Positions 49,684 through 62,000 of a DNA stretch of 64,000 nt are shown piece by piece (the stretch's first letter is position 1; every line of letters begins with the position of its first letter). The translations under genes were made by a program, and so were the position numbers. The DNA is from Stylophora pistillata (taxonomy: Eukaryota), in NCBI RefSeq assembly GCF_002571385.2, contig NW_019217784.1:1252785-1316784 (forward strand), given 5' to 3'. The notes beneath the pieces are model-generated. The model saw only the letters and a program-made list of their open reading frames with translations. It ran no database searches and was not told where the DNA came from.

Positions 49684-50099
49684 ACGGATTGTAAATAAAT
49701 TAAGACTTATCCTTGCAGAATAATGTGGTCTCCTTTATTCTCTAAAACTGGAGGGGGGAAGGTTACGAATATCTGCACAGATAACAGCTAACCACCTGTT
49801 ATTTGTCGATTTTTCAATCATATCCTCCTTCAATCAAGGCGCCCCACAAGTACTCCTTGCTCTAGGCAAGTGCGAAAAAAACTTTCATTCAAACCTTCTA
49901 ATTGTAGGATAAAGGCCCGGACATTGCCGGGCAGTCAAGTCGCCCAGAGGCTGGTTTGAGATTCTACCAGTATTGTCTACCAATTCTGTAACTGTGAGAA
50001 ATGACAGTATAAACAGGTAGTGACAAAATTCCGTTCACTCCCTAATTAAGGAGTCTGTTAAACGTGAATCTTACTGTCGTTTGTCAGCCCGGCCGTCCA

Positions 50100-50310
50100 A
50101 CTGTCAGCCCTTGAATCAGTCTGTCTGCCTGTCCATTTGATGGTGTGTTTGTCTGTCTGTCTGTCTGTCAGCATGTCTTTCTAATTGTGTTTTATCTGTT
50201 TGTCCACCATCTGTTTTGTCTGTCAGTCTCTCTCTTGAGTTTTTTGTTTGTCTGTATGCCCGTCTTTCCAATCATTTGTCTCCCCTTCTATCTGTACAGT
50301 TGCCTGTCTG
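50100..50310 (+). repeat. Degenerate (TCTG)n microsatellite region
   Basis: Repeated tgtc/tctg/tttg motifs. Confidence 0.7.
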
Positions 50311-51202
50311 TTCATTTCCCGATTTTTTCAGCTGTCATAATACTTGATCTTTGTCTATCGGCCAATGGGGAAGGCACTCGTCATCCATGTGGAAAAAAAA
50401 AAACAGACAAACAAATAAAGAAACAAATGAATAGTTAATCAAGGGGAAATAAATGTAATAGTATTTTAATGGAGGCATTACAAGAAAACTTTAACGCCTC
50501 TCCCCAAAATCCGTGCTTTGAACTTGCTGATGGAAGATGGAAGCTTTCCTCCTTCATTTGACAGCTGAAATAAAAATAAAAAATACGTCAGTTTCTTCTC
50601 ATGTTTGTCCAGGCCTTAATGAAACTGTGTTTGCTTTTATGGCGAAATCTGGTGCCGTTTACGCGGTGACGGGAGAAAAGCTACTACATGAGCAATAGGA
50701 AATGTCTTAACGTTGACTTCCTAATTTACCAGCTCGAGATACCATGTTTTATCTCTCAATATACCATGTTTTTGCTTTTTCTCATATCAAGATATTAAAT
50801 GCACCTCGAATAAAACCCTATCAGGTTATTTTGTATTATCATATTGTGCTGATCAAAAGTGTTATAATGGCAGCACTATTCTTTTAACAAGTTTTGCATT
50901 TGCAAAAAGAAAAAATCAAGGCAGCAGATCACGTGGTGTCCAACTGTGCCTCTTCAGCAAGTGCCTGGATGTGGTATGGTTCAAAACCGCACCGTGATCA
51001 TACGACTTTCCAGTGCTGCATAGAGATGGCAAACAAATCATTTATAAAATCGGAAATGTAAATTAACTTTTTCTTTAGTCTGTGATAAGCCAGGGAGGAA
51101 ATGACAAAAATGTCTCGGAAAAATTATTTACATCTATGATAGCAAATATCCCACAAACTGTCCAAGAGGGTAAATTGCAAGTCAGTCAGGGTTTATATTA
51201 TA

Positions 51203-51302
51203 TTCGTCAGAGCGATGACGAAGGGCTAACGCTCGAAACGTCAGCTTTTTAACTCTTTACGGTGACCAATTTACAATTTCAACTTAGTTTATCTAACCAA
51301 AT
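51203..51302 (+). mobile_element. Penelope-like terminal fragment with a degenerate hammerhead motif (copy 3)
   Basis: ttcgtcagagcga|tgacgaagggctaacgctcgaaacgtcagc...tacggtgaccaatttac. The first 13 nt are an inverted piece reading tcgctctgacgaa on the other strand. Confidence 0.68.
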
Positions 51303-51614
51303 GACTAAATGACTGTCTGACCAACATACTGTCTGAAGGACTGACTGACTGGTTAAGTGACTGTCTCACCACCATACTATTTGAAGGACTGACAGACCAG
51401 CTGAACAAATGACTGTTTGGAGGATTGCCTGTCTGGCTGACCAACTGACTGTCTGAAGGATTGCCTGTCTGGCTGACCAACTGACTGTCTGAAGGATTGC
51501 CTGTCTGGCTGACCAACTGACTGTCTGAAGGATTGCCTGTCTGGCTGACCAACTGACTGTCTGAAGGACTGACTGTCTAGCTGACTGTCTGACTGACTGT
51601 GACTGACTGACTGA
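51303..51614 (+). repeat. 36-bp minisatellite (about 4 perfect plus several degenerate units) derived from (GACT)n
   Basis: ggattgcctgtctggctgaccaactgactgtctgaa is repeated from 51422 to 51566 and grades into gactgact. Confidence 0.9.
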
Positions 51615-52015
51615 TGAATGGAACGATGGCTAGATGATCCATGCATACCAACTTACCCATTTTAGCAAGCCTGATTGCTGCTTCGCCAGGAGTAACTTTC
51701 CCACGAACGTCGCCTTGAGGGCTGATGGACATTGTCATGGCAACAGTTTTACCAGTAGACTTCAAAGTTTCCGTCGCCCATTCAGTCTCGTCAATGTTGA
51801 TCAGATACTGAATAGTCAAAAGAATGGAAACAGAGAAAGAAACTACTAAATAAGAATAAAATTGATCAGACCCGATATGAACCTTTGCTGAGGTTCAAGA
51901 GAAATTGTTTTTGCCTCTATAACCCCACAGAGAGGATCTGATTTTTACCTGATTCTGCCATGATTCCAAAAATTGCTAAATTGAGAGCACCTGCAGAATT
52001 TCCTTTCAATAATTT

Positions 52016-52123
52016 TAAACTGCTCAATGCCTGCGCAGTCTGGCCAAAGTCCCCTCCAAATTCTTGTAAGCGCATTAGAGCACATTGATAAGGAAACACG
52101 CTCTATAAATGCATCGTTATCAT
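52016..52123 (+). mobile_element. 3' fragment of the SINE family seen at 14448
   Basis: taaactgct..aatgc..gcagtctggccaaagtcccc...gcgcatt...tataaat is shared with 14761-14850. Confidence 0.65.
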
Positions 52124-53981
52124 TCTCAAGATTCTCCAAGATTGTAAAATAGTCTTAACACATGTATCACTCTGTGGTATTTCTATTTTCGTCCCTCTCA
52201 CGTGTTAAACATAGATAAAAAGCACTGAAAGAATCCTGAGGCCTACCTGATGTCATTTCCCAACCCTACCCTACCCTAACTACTTCCCCTGTGTTCTTAG
52301 CCACGCTCACCAAACTTTAACGAAACTTTCCCCTTGATATGTCGCTATGCAGAGGACAACTTCTTTCAAGGGTCTTCGATATTGATCCCAACAGAGCAAT
52401 ATGCTCTTGTAATTTTTGTACTTGTCCTTTCTGTTCTGAGAATGTCCCTCATCGGTAATAATGTTGTCCAAGGGCTAAATCATACGTTTAACTGAGAGGC
52501 TTTCTTTAAATAAATATCCCTCGTCCACATGTACTTACCTGCCTCAGGATTCTCTACTGTGCATTCCGGTGTGTATGGACCAGCTCTTACGTAGCCTCGC
52601 CTTTCCAGAGCATGAAGGAATCCGCCATCACCGATCACAACTTCTCCTGCGTCAAGTCTCTCAAGAATTCCTTTTGGCTGATCAATTCAAGTTTCATCAG
52701 TCAAGTGGGTGAACATTACAACAAGCGCAAAGTTGAAACTACTTAACGTTTAATTCCGACTTTTATTTTGAAGAGAGGATATCAAAGAATTTTCTTTAGT
52801 GTGATCAACGTCCACACTTCGCTACATTTGCACTCATGGAAACCAGTAGAGGCTTCTTTGAAAGCAGGCCCTCGAGCTTTTGTTTGACGACCTCGAGGGA
52901 ATTAGAAAGATTTGCGTATTTTATAGATAACTAGCAAATAAACTTTGGAAAAACAATTACTTTTCTAATGTACAAGAAACATGTGCCAGAAATATCTACT
53001 TATATATTTTCAAATATATCGTGAGAGGCTGCGCCCAAGCTCGAGATCCTTCCAGAAGGATTCAAGCTTTGTTAATTTGAATACTGCACGGGTAGTTCGT
53101 CGTTAACTTACGCAAAATAAGAAACCTACTTCTGTCACGCGCACGAGCCCCATAGTTGTTAGTCGTGCAAACTCCGCTTGAGTTGTGCAACCAGGGCAGC
53201 CTTAAAATTCTCGACATTGCCGAAAAAAGTGTGGCCCACCCAGCCCAAACTTATTCCAGTTTCCAAGCAGCGTGAAACAACTACCTGGAGTATCAATACT
53301 CGCTCCTGAACTATCACAAGTTCTGAGTAACTTGATTAGTTACGTTACCCCTAGTCTTTTCAGGTACATAACTCGGCTGGCACATGCACAACGGACATTC
53401 TTTTACCATGGCAGTCATGGTTCAGACAGTGTTTGTCTTTTAAAATCCGATTGGTGGTTAATACTATTAGCTTTAAAAGTTCAGAAACAAGCATAATACC
53501 TCTTTCTCTTTAGAGGCATAACTAGCCATGGAACACCAGATGCCAGACTGCTTACATAATCCGCAGTGAGGGACCTTTCGTATTTCAGATTGACCACCAG
53601 TGTTTCGGAAATGTCAACAGCATCGTTTTGAGAAAAAAGTTAAATTCTAACGTGTTTAAGTCGAGCTCACTTGCGTATTTCAACCCTTACCTTTCTAGTT
53701 GTGGACGCCTTTTTAAAACTTCGTCGGCAGATGACTTTGATGCCATTATTGTCACGCAATATGGCAAGCTGCTGACCGTAGTCTTTTATACAGAAAGCAA
53801 ATAAATATTGAATATTAAAATATTCGCGCAAAGGGATGAACAGTTTCGTGACGACAGCAAAATAAATTAATACCAGACTATTACAAAATCAAATTTAACT
53901 TGCTTATGATAAAATTTATTTCAAAGAATACAGTAATTTCACAAATGGCTTTGACGCCACGCTAGCATATATTATTATCAA

Positions 53982-55082
53982 CTATCTATTTGATCTCTGA
54001 GTTGTAGTTCCCTGAGAAAGTAATTTCATCTGTGTGTCGTCGAAAAGTTTGACCATGCAATCGTGATCAACTGGCCTAATGAGCAAAATATTGGGATCAT
54101 CCTTACAAGGTTTATTATCATTATACATCAAAAACGTTGTGCTAGAGATGGGCTGAATACCCAAATCAGCCGCCAAGATTCCCACATACGCATCATCAAC
54201 TTTGAGTGGTTTCACAACGTCAAACAATGGAATAAATTTCAAGACCAGATCCCTCGAGAGCACATAACCGCCTCCTGATATGTAATCTTTGTAAACATTT
54301 TCGGGATGATCTTCTTCTGAAACACCGTAGAAACCATGGCGAAGAACAGGGTTTCCATGCATTAAATGTCCAAAATAAAAGTCTGTATTTGCCGTGCCGG
54401 TTTTGCTGAGTAACTCGATGAGACCGCGAGTATTTACGAACACGTCATCATCTGTCTTGAGCATGTATTGAAACCTACAGTACTTTGCTGCCCATTCAAA
54501 TCCTGACTGAATCTTAAACACTTTATTTGTAAACGTTTCAGCGTAGTCACCCTGGATGATGTCGCCAAATATCTGTGCTTCGCGCGAGATGCGATAGGAA
54601 ATGTCAACGCTTCCAGCTTCGCCGATGAGAAACACCGTCTTCCATTTCCGATGAAGTGCGTTATCCGTTCCCCAGGTATGACGAATAACCATTCGGTCTT
54701 TGTATGCTTCAGGAGAGCTAGAGACAAGTATTATGAGGAACAAATCTTGCAGACACTTTGTTCGTGTTAGTAGACGGGTACGATGTTTACGTATTTTAAG
54801 CCAAGAGTCAGAGAATGCCTCATCAATTAAGTGATTGTCAACAAAGCCCGTTTTGTCTCGACCGCTTCGTCTGTGAAATGAAGTTCCGCCTGTAGTGAAC
54901 GTAAACCCACGCTTGCCCATTTGACCTTCTTTCTGCACTTTATACTTCATGGACTCCACATAATTTGTTAGTCCTTGACTAGTGAGCCAAAGTGAAACAC
55001 ACAACATGGAAAGGGAAACGGTAATGCAAAGGAACAAACAAGAAGCCGCAGTCACAGTAAATGGACAAGACGAAGACTTCAT
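53982..55082 (-). CDS. Beta-1,3-galactosyltransferase-like protein (glycosyltransferase family 31), single coding exon
   Basis: N-terminal hydrophobic anchor; motifs RMVIRHTWG, GDIIQGDYAETFTN, KTDDDVFVN (DxD), YISGGGYVLS and VDDAYVG. First in-frame ATG is at 55082 (the ORF track start at 55112 is GTG). Confidence 0.92.
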   Translation of the reverse strand: MKSSSCPFTVTAASCLFLCITVSLSMLCVSLWLTSQGLTNYVESMKYKVQKEGQMGKRGFTFTTGGTSFHRRSGRDKTGFVDNHLIDEAFSDSWLKIRKHRTRLLTRTKCLQDLFLIILVSSSPEAYKDRMVIRHTWGTDNALHRKWKTVFLIGEAGSVDISYRISREAQIFGDIIQGDYAETFTNKVFKIQSGFEWAAKYCRFQYMLKTDDDVFVNTRGLIELLSKTGTANTDFYFGHLMHGNPVLRHGFYGVSEEDHPENVYKDYISGGGYVLSRDLVLKFIPLFDVVKPLKVDDAYVGILAADLGIQPISSTTFLMYNDNKPCKDDPNILLIRPVDHDCMVKLFDDTQMKLLSQGTTTQRSNR

Positions 55083-56188
55083 CGTGTCAATACTTTGTTC
55101 CTTTGAGTCCACGAAAAAAACGGCAATTCTTCCTTTTTTCGAAGTTTCATTAATGTAACTGAATCAGTTCCGCCACCACTGAACGGTTAAGTTTTACGAC
55201 AGCGCTTCGAAGACCAACCGTCATCCTCGCGACAGTTCATTATGTAAAATATTAACCACGCAATATGTGGTATTAACCAAGATTATGTGACAAAATCTCG
55301 CAAAACGAGGAATGCTGAAATTCCAGATTCCTCATTCAACGAATCGTGTCCTAGGCAGCTTCAGTTACAAAACTTTTTCGCTTTCTTTTACGACTGATTA
55401 CATCGAAACATCAGCGAATTTTTAATCCAGATCAATTGCATAGTAATTAGTCAGATATTGTTTGGGTTGACAGATATTTTTTTTTCATATTTATTGCATT
55501 CCCCTTTCTCATCAAGAGTAATTGTTTGAGTTGGTTTTGTTCTGCTATTATTCTGCGCCCTCTAGAAACACTTTTTGTCATTTTAACGCAAACGAAGTGC
55601 CTTAACGTTTTTTAAAACCTAATAGTATTAATATCCTCTTCACAGTTGAGTTTGTTGTTGTTATACTTGTATATCACAAAAATCGATGTCAAGTTTTCAA
55701 GAAAACAAGTGGGCTTGCCCCAATAAAAGAACCTGTTAAGATTTTATTCGTTTTTTTCAGTTACTACTTCGTTTTCTTATTAAGTCCTGGGGAAATTGTT
55801 AAAAGTCTCGAGACGACAAAAAGCATATGAAAAGAGAATCAATTTTTATCATGGCTTCTGTTTTTGTTCGAGTTCAAAAAAGCTCAAAGCTATCCTGTTA
55901 GACGGAAAATATCCGAAATCATCAAAAAAAAAAAAAAAACTGACGACAGACGACGGAAGAAAGTTGTTTAAAGAACGATGACGTCAGAATTGGGGCAGAA
56001 ATGTCCGAAAAGGAACGATGGCGTCCGAAATCGGAGAGGAGTTTCCAGAGTCGAATGAAGGAGTCCGAATTCGAACGATAGTTTCCGAAAAGAAACCTAA
56101 AAAGGTCAAAACTGTCCGAAATCGGACTAAAGTGTTCGAAATCACGGAGAACTGTTTGAAATCTGGTTTCGAAAAAGACGGAGAAAAT

Positions 56189-56324
56189 CAGTGGGGCGGG
56201 GCCGGGGGCCCGGACCCCCACTTTCTTATTTTGGGTAAAAAAATAAACGCAGAAGGAAGAAAAGCCGGCAGGTTTACACCCCTCCCCCCCCCCCCTTTTA
56301 GCTGAAGGTCTGCATCCGCCACTG
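56189..56324. mobile_element. Short MITE with CAGTGG termini (left TIR partly deleted)
   Basis: cagtgg...ccgccactg ends, with G-rich and C-rich complementary subterminal tracts. Confidence 0.6.
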
Positions 56325-56732
56325 ATATCTACCTTCAATAGCCGTTCTTTCCATGTCGACACGATTTTGTATGTATTTCTGAAAGTAAATTCCTGGCTGG
56401 TTTTTCCTTTTTTACCACATGTTTTCACTGGTTTTCGAGAGGATTGTGGCTATTTCTGTCAGAGTGAAGCTCGTATCTTTGGAATTTTGGGCGTGTTCTT
56501 CCAGTTCTAAGAATCGGAAAGTGTTTTCTTTCTCTCCGATTTATTTTAATTGTTTTAACAAATACGCTGAGAAAATGGATGTTAGAGCCTCTTGGAAATC
56601 ATCAGTGCTGTGGAAGTTAAATTCTTACTTTATTGGGGGCCAGTAGCTGTGAATTCGACAGATAAACGACTCGGGTTCCGAATGATTCAATAGATTCAAG
56701 TGCTACATTGTAAATAATTTCAGGAAAGAAAA

Positions 56733-58580
56733 CTAAACAACTTCTGCGTCACTGAAGTTTTCTAAGATCACTACCACATGTTTGTTTTTTCTTCGCCAGA
56801 GAGCCCAATAACTAGAAGTATAGATGTTCACTATCGATCCTATCCAAAAAGTGAAAAAAAATAAGAGTCCAGACGCAATTCCCGCAATTCCTAAACTCAC
56901 TGCAGTGTTGCATTCTGATTGTTTACTGTAATGACTGAGAAGGAATCCAATACCGGAAACTTGAACACATACCATCCCAAGAAACAAAACATTGAATATC
57001 AGCATGGCAATGTCGTTTGCTTGCATAGGAGGGCATCGCCACTGCAAAGACAGAGAACATGAGATAAAATTATATTTTAAAAAGTTTCACAAATAATTTA
57101 ACGACAAAGGAAGGCAACGTATACGCAAATTCATGTGAAATCTTGGCATCTCAACTCACATCTGACATGAACTGAAATAAAACAATCAGCTAAGACCTGC
57201 ACATGTCATCATCATTATAATATATAGACTTAGCCAAGGCTAAAAGCGGAGCTCCCAAGTTCGTAATGTTAATGATAACATAAAAGATGTGCATTTGCCA
57301 AGACTCGCCTGAGACACCCATCCCTTCGTTTTGATAGTCTCCCCTACCCTACCCATGCAATCTGAAGGCACGTACGTACGCTCGGTCACTCACGTGACAA
57401 CCAAACGAAGAGGTTGACCATACTTCATGGGTATGGGGCTCTGCCTCACGCGCGCTTCGCGCGCGTGGGAGCCTCGCTATTAATTCTGAACCACCACAGG
57501 TCATCCAAATTACAGGGTTCGTACACTTTTTCAGGTCAAAGATTCAAGGACTTTTCAAGGACTTTCCAGGACCCTACTTAGAAATTTCAAGGACTTTTTG
57601 TAATGACAATTTTACCTCAAAACCAAGAAAAATGTTTCTGTTAACATTTATGTTTTGGGTTTACCGATGGTGCAAAACAAAAGCAGATATTTTTCGATGT
57701 TGTTCAATAAAAAATCAAAGACTTTCAAGGACCCAAAACGAAATTCAAGTACTTTCAAGGCCTTGAAATCGGCCTCCTGAAATTCAAGGGTTTGCAAGGG
57801 TTTTCAAGACGCGTACGAACCCTGAAATTAGTATATACTCAAACAGATGATAGCATCGAAGGCGCGCTCTGAACTCTGACTCTCCTTCGCTATTCACCTC
57901 TTAGCATTTGCGCCAGAAAATATTGTAAGCGTTGCAGGAATAGATGAATTTAAATCGTCTTTATGTGCTATATTAACTCTAAAACTATTGTTCACCTATG
58001 TCGGTGGCTAACGCTGGATATATGTCTCGCCGTCACTCGCCTCCAATTCGGTGAATAGTGGTTGACTATTCCAAATGGGATCTCTAAGATGAATCTGATT
58101 CATTTGGAATAGCCTCCGAAAAAAATGATGGAGAGTGAAGATCATGCTACAACAAAAGAAACGCGACTCTAGTTTCATTTCACCCTCACATGCTGAAATG
58201 AATTTGTTACGTGTCATTCAATTTTAGTATTCAGCACTTGGAAGAGTTTCAAGGTTTGGTCAAAAGAATGTTGAAAAATGGAAAACTGTATAATGAAATA
58301 CCTTTTTGATAGGCTTGTAAACTCGTCTAATGCGGAAACGAAAATGACAAATTGGACACGAGTTGCTGTGGACTGAATTTAACCACAACTCCAAACAAGA
58401 TTTATGCACTTTTCCCATCGTTCCTTTACACCAGCAAACTTTATGTAAAGGTTCTTGACCTTGGTCCTTTCCACCGGTATTGTGGCAAATCCGACACATC
58501 GGTGCATCTTCGCCCAACGAAATGGAGCTTAAAGAGCAGGATACTTGAAGTATCGCTGGACTCTGATAACCAGATGACAT
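56733..58580 (-). CDS. MARCH-family (RING-CH) membrane E3 ubiquitin ligase, MARCHF2/3-like; exons 58580-58302 and 57041-56733
   Basis: C4HC3 RING-CH CRICH...CWCKGTMGKVHKSCLELWL...CPICHF; exon 2 has two hydrophobic helices, then W..WRRKN and a C-terminal EVV. Confidence 0.9.
57513..57824. mobile_element. MITE (hAT-like CAGGG termini) with a 6-bp TSD in the MARCH intron
   Basis: TIR cagggttcgtac / gtacgaaccctg; AAATTA duplicated at 57507-12 and 57825-30; many internal ttcaagga subterminal repeats. Confidence 0.88.
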
Positions 58581-59043
58581 TGCAGCTACTTCGCGGTGTT
58601 ATTTGCAGCGCGTAAATTGTGGGCTAAATCCAGAACGTCACAGAACAATCGATTAGTTACCATGACAGCCTGAGACGAGCGCGCGCTGTTAAGGCTGTCC
58701 GCGAAGTTTGAAAAGATGGCTGGATAATTATGTGCGAGGCAGAAAATCTGTCCAACGGTTTTTCTTTCTTTAACTTAGAGACGGACCATGATATAAAAGT
58801 GATGGAAGAGAAATATAATTAAGTAAAAAAAAATGATTTCCTAGAGAAAACTTGAACTGGATTTTGTCGAAAACGAGCTAAAAAACAACGAGCAAAAACA
58901 AAAATTAAAGTAATCAGTTAACAAGATGTCAAAATGTGTAACCTGTTGATTTATTCCTCTACTTTATACCTAGTAAAGATGTAATAAAGTAGATTTTAAA
59001 GCTAAGTTTTTATTTCCATCTTAAGCTGACTCGTGCAGGACAT

Positions 59044-62000
59044 TCATATTGACACTTTAAGGCGCTTAGCGCCAACATCTGAAAAGAAAAAAAAAAGTAC
59101 AGTATTTTAGCATGTTTGATGAATTGTGTATCACTACCAATGTGGAATAGAGACTCATATCCATGGGAGGAAAGTGGCTGCCCACAACCGAGCCTAGGAG
59201 AGAATTGAAAAGCGATGGAGCCGTAACAAAAACTCAAAAAATCACAGCTAACACACTGAAATCTCTGACCCAACAAGCTAAAAGACAGGAGGGTCACTTG
59301 CAATTACTGCAACAGGGACTCTACTCTCACAACCCTGGCATTGAACTTATCTGCCTTTCTCAGTAGGAGCTGTTATTCCCAACCCTGAACCATTTCCCTG
59401 CAGGGCTTTGATTTCTCGAGATTGTTGTATGCTTATTCATTATTTTCCAGCTATTCTGTGAGCCATAACAAACGAGTGTGTGTGAAACGATGTGACTTCG
59501 CGATTTCAAGAACACTCTTCTGCTAGAAAGTTACTCAAAGGATGGTAACCCTGTGGTTTGACAGTCATTTGTCATATAAGTGGACTATGTAAATCGTTTT
59601 TGATGCACAGACATACCAGTCACATAGCAGACTTCTACATTAGCTCCAAGAGACTGTAAAACATCCAGCCAGATTTGTTGTTTAGTAGAAAGCTTGTCTC
59701 CTGGACCCTTCACTTCAGCAATCTGACGTTGAGAAAAAGAAAAAAGTTCTCTGTTCACCTAAGGTGACATGATGACAAGATGAACATTAAAAAAAATCAC
59801 CTAATCCATAGCTGTTAGTCTGTAAAGATTTCAGCCACACGGAGAACAACTTCATTGGAGAGCAGAAAGCGCTCCGTCATTGTTTTGGTTTTGCTTTACA
59901 AAGCTCTGTGATTGGTCTTGATATACCGCGCCAACTTTGCAGCCAATCGAATACAAAAGTTACACCCAATCATAACTAAATGTAAGTTAAAGTTTTTCGC
60001 ACAGTTTGCCACGCTTGAAATCGTTTGCTTGTTCTCATTGGGTACCCAAGCCGTTATACTAAGTTTTTCTTCTGGTCTTCTGGTCTTGCAATACTAAAAC
60101 AAAAGCAGTTTATTGGAAAGACGAACCAAGTTACCATATAATCCAGAGTGGATGAATTCCATACAACCAGATCAGGCATACCCGCGCGACTATAGCGGTA
60201 TCCTTGAGCAAACTGAGTGAAGATCCCAGACATTATCTGACCACCCAGGCAGGCTACGAGTTGCTACAGAAAGACAAATTATCATTCATAATGCATGTTT
60301 ATATCTTCAAACATGGATTCCCTGAACCTGACGCAACGTTAATTATCTTGAAGGAATTCCCATTCACATATGTGACCAACCAACACCCAAAAAGAAAAAG
60401 AGCAACCAAAAATATCCTTTTAAAACGAATACACTAGTAAATTCACGAGAAAAAATTCCCAATATCATCCACCTACTTGTGCTTGTTCCATACTAGTGAA
60501 GCGATCCCAGCTGAGTCCTGCACAAACCTGCCCTTCCTTATCGTTCCAAGCTTTGGCCAGAATGTCCTGAAGTTCCTGCCAGAAAATGTTCGTACAACGA
60601 AAAACTTGGTTTAAATAAGTCTTTTGCTTTAAGCAGACCATATTTGACGGACTACTTAACATAATAATCATTACGTTTCGTTTTCATGTAGACGACACAA
60701 AGAAAGATTGAATGCATTATCAATCACATGTACCTCAACTGATGCTAAGGAGATTTCCTCCAGCCTCTTGTCGATAATTTCTTTACGACTTTCGTAAAAT
60801 GCATCACAGCAGAAGTCCAGAGGAGCAGCCTAGGAAAAAAACACAAAGAATTAAACAGATACTAATTTAATTTCTGCAAATAATAAATTAAAAGAAAATA
60901 TTTGCAGACTTTTCTTCTTGGTTGAAAATAAGCTAATGGATATTACTAAAAGTGCTTTACATTGTGTGCAATTTCAGAAAATAACCACAGGAGATTGAAA
61001 AGGAACGAAGTTCCATACTTGGAATGGACTTCGAAAAACATCTGGAATTCCACTTGCAAATATGATGTCCCACGTGAATAAGGTATAAAGTGATGAAAAG
61101 GTTGATCCTTCACCATGAATTCCTTGCTCAAACCCCTTCTGGCGATAATAAGACAGAGCATATTCTTCCACTGCACAGAAGGTTGTTGTACCATCAATTA
61201 CTTGGCCACCTTGATCAATCTCGGGGGCAATGAAAACACCTAGCTCAGCACATCTTGTGCCAGATATAGTGATCTGCAAGGATGGATCCAAAGCAAAACA
61301 GATCAACCATCTTATTGTATTTTGAGCAAGCCATTTCAAAACCAAAACCATTGAAAAAATCAAAGTAACACCTACTGAAAGACTTACACTCTTAGATGGA
61401 TTTGGTTCGTCTAACTCCAGGTCAAAATAATCTTCACATTTCTTCTTCTTCCCTTTGGTGAATGCTGGTGAAGAGAGGATGCGCTTGGCTCTCTGCACCA
61501 GGGCAAGACGACGCCCAAATCGCACATGTTGGTCAGAGAGTGCTTCCCTGATGACCTGCATAGCCTTTGAGATAAATAACAAAACACTGATATTGGCCCT
61601 CTAACTCATAAGAGGGTTTAACACCTAATTTCTCTTCACCATATCACTGCTGAGTCAAACATCATTTACATGGGAACCACTTAATTGTTAAACACATTCT
61701 CTTCATTGGCACTGTAAGAAATATCAGTTATAGAGAACAGTGCAGAGGTTATGGGAACTGAATGCAGAAGTTAGGGTGTAAAGAGTAAATCTTTCATGTC
61801 ACAGATCAGCCCAGAAAAATTGAACAGGGTGCCAACCCATGGATGTGAAACCCTTACATTTACAATAAGCTGTAACAACATTATTTTTGGTTAAACATTC
61901 CAGTTGTCCCTTTCCAATCTTTGTTCTTTTGAAAGTAATGAATGAAAAATGAACAAGGACATACCTTTTCGGGTTTTTTTAAGTGCTGATGCAGATTTAG

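Larger units (their letters stand above)
49905..52678 (-). pseudogene. BHMT: Betaine-homocysteine S-methyltransferase pseudogene
   Basis: Exon 52678-52539 [38 protein letters not shown]; exon ~51807-51657 ETEWATETLKSTGKTVAMTMSISPQGD..VTPGEAAIRL; ~51016-50951 ALESRMIT//CGFEPYHIQALAEE (internal deletion plus frameshift); ~50564 LSNEGGKLPS/ASSKHGFWGEAL (7-bp duplication); ~49977 QYW*NLKPASGR (nonsense). Several middle exons were not found. A possible first exon lies at 53153-53130. Confidence 0.85.

Noticed and set aside
51289-51646. Repetitive ORFs (VSQTGNPSDSQL / QSVGQPDRQSFR)
   Set aside because: Translations of a 36-bp minisatellite.
55922-56428. 95-aa (+) and 168-aa (-) ORFs between the GT31 gene and MARCH
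   Set aside because: No recognisable domain and partly made of a MITE; a real small exon cannot be excluded but is unsupported.
59585-59616. FAN1 ending by read-through ([10 protein letters not shown])
   Set aside because: A good donor (G|gtatgt) and a downstream exon encoding DVGAKR fit the known FAN1 C-terminus better.
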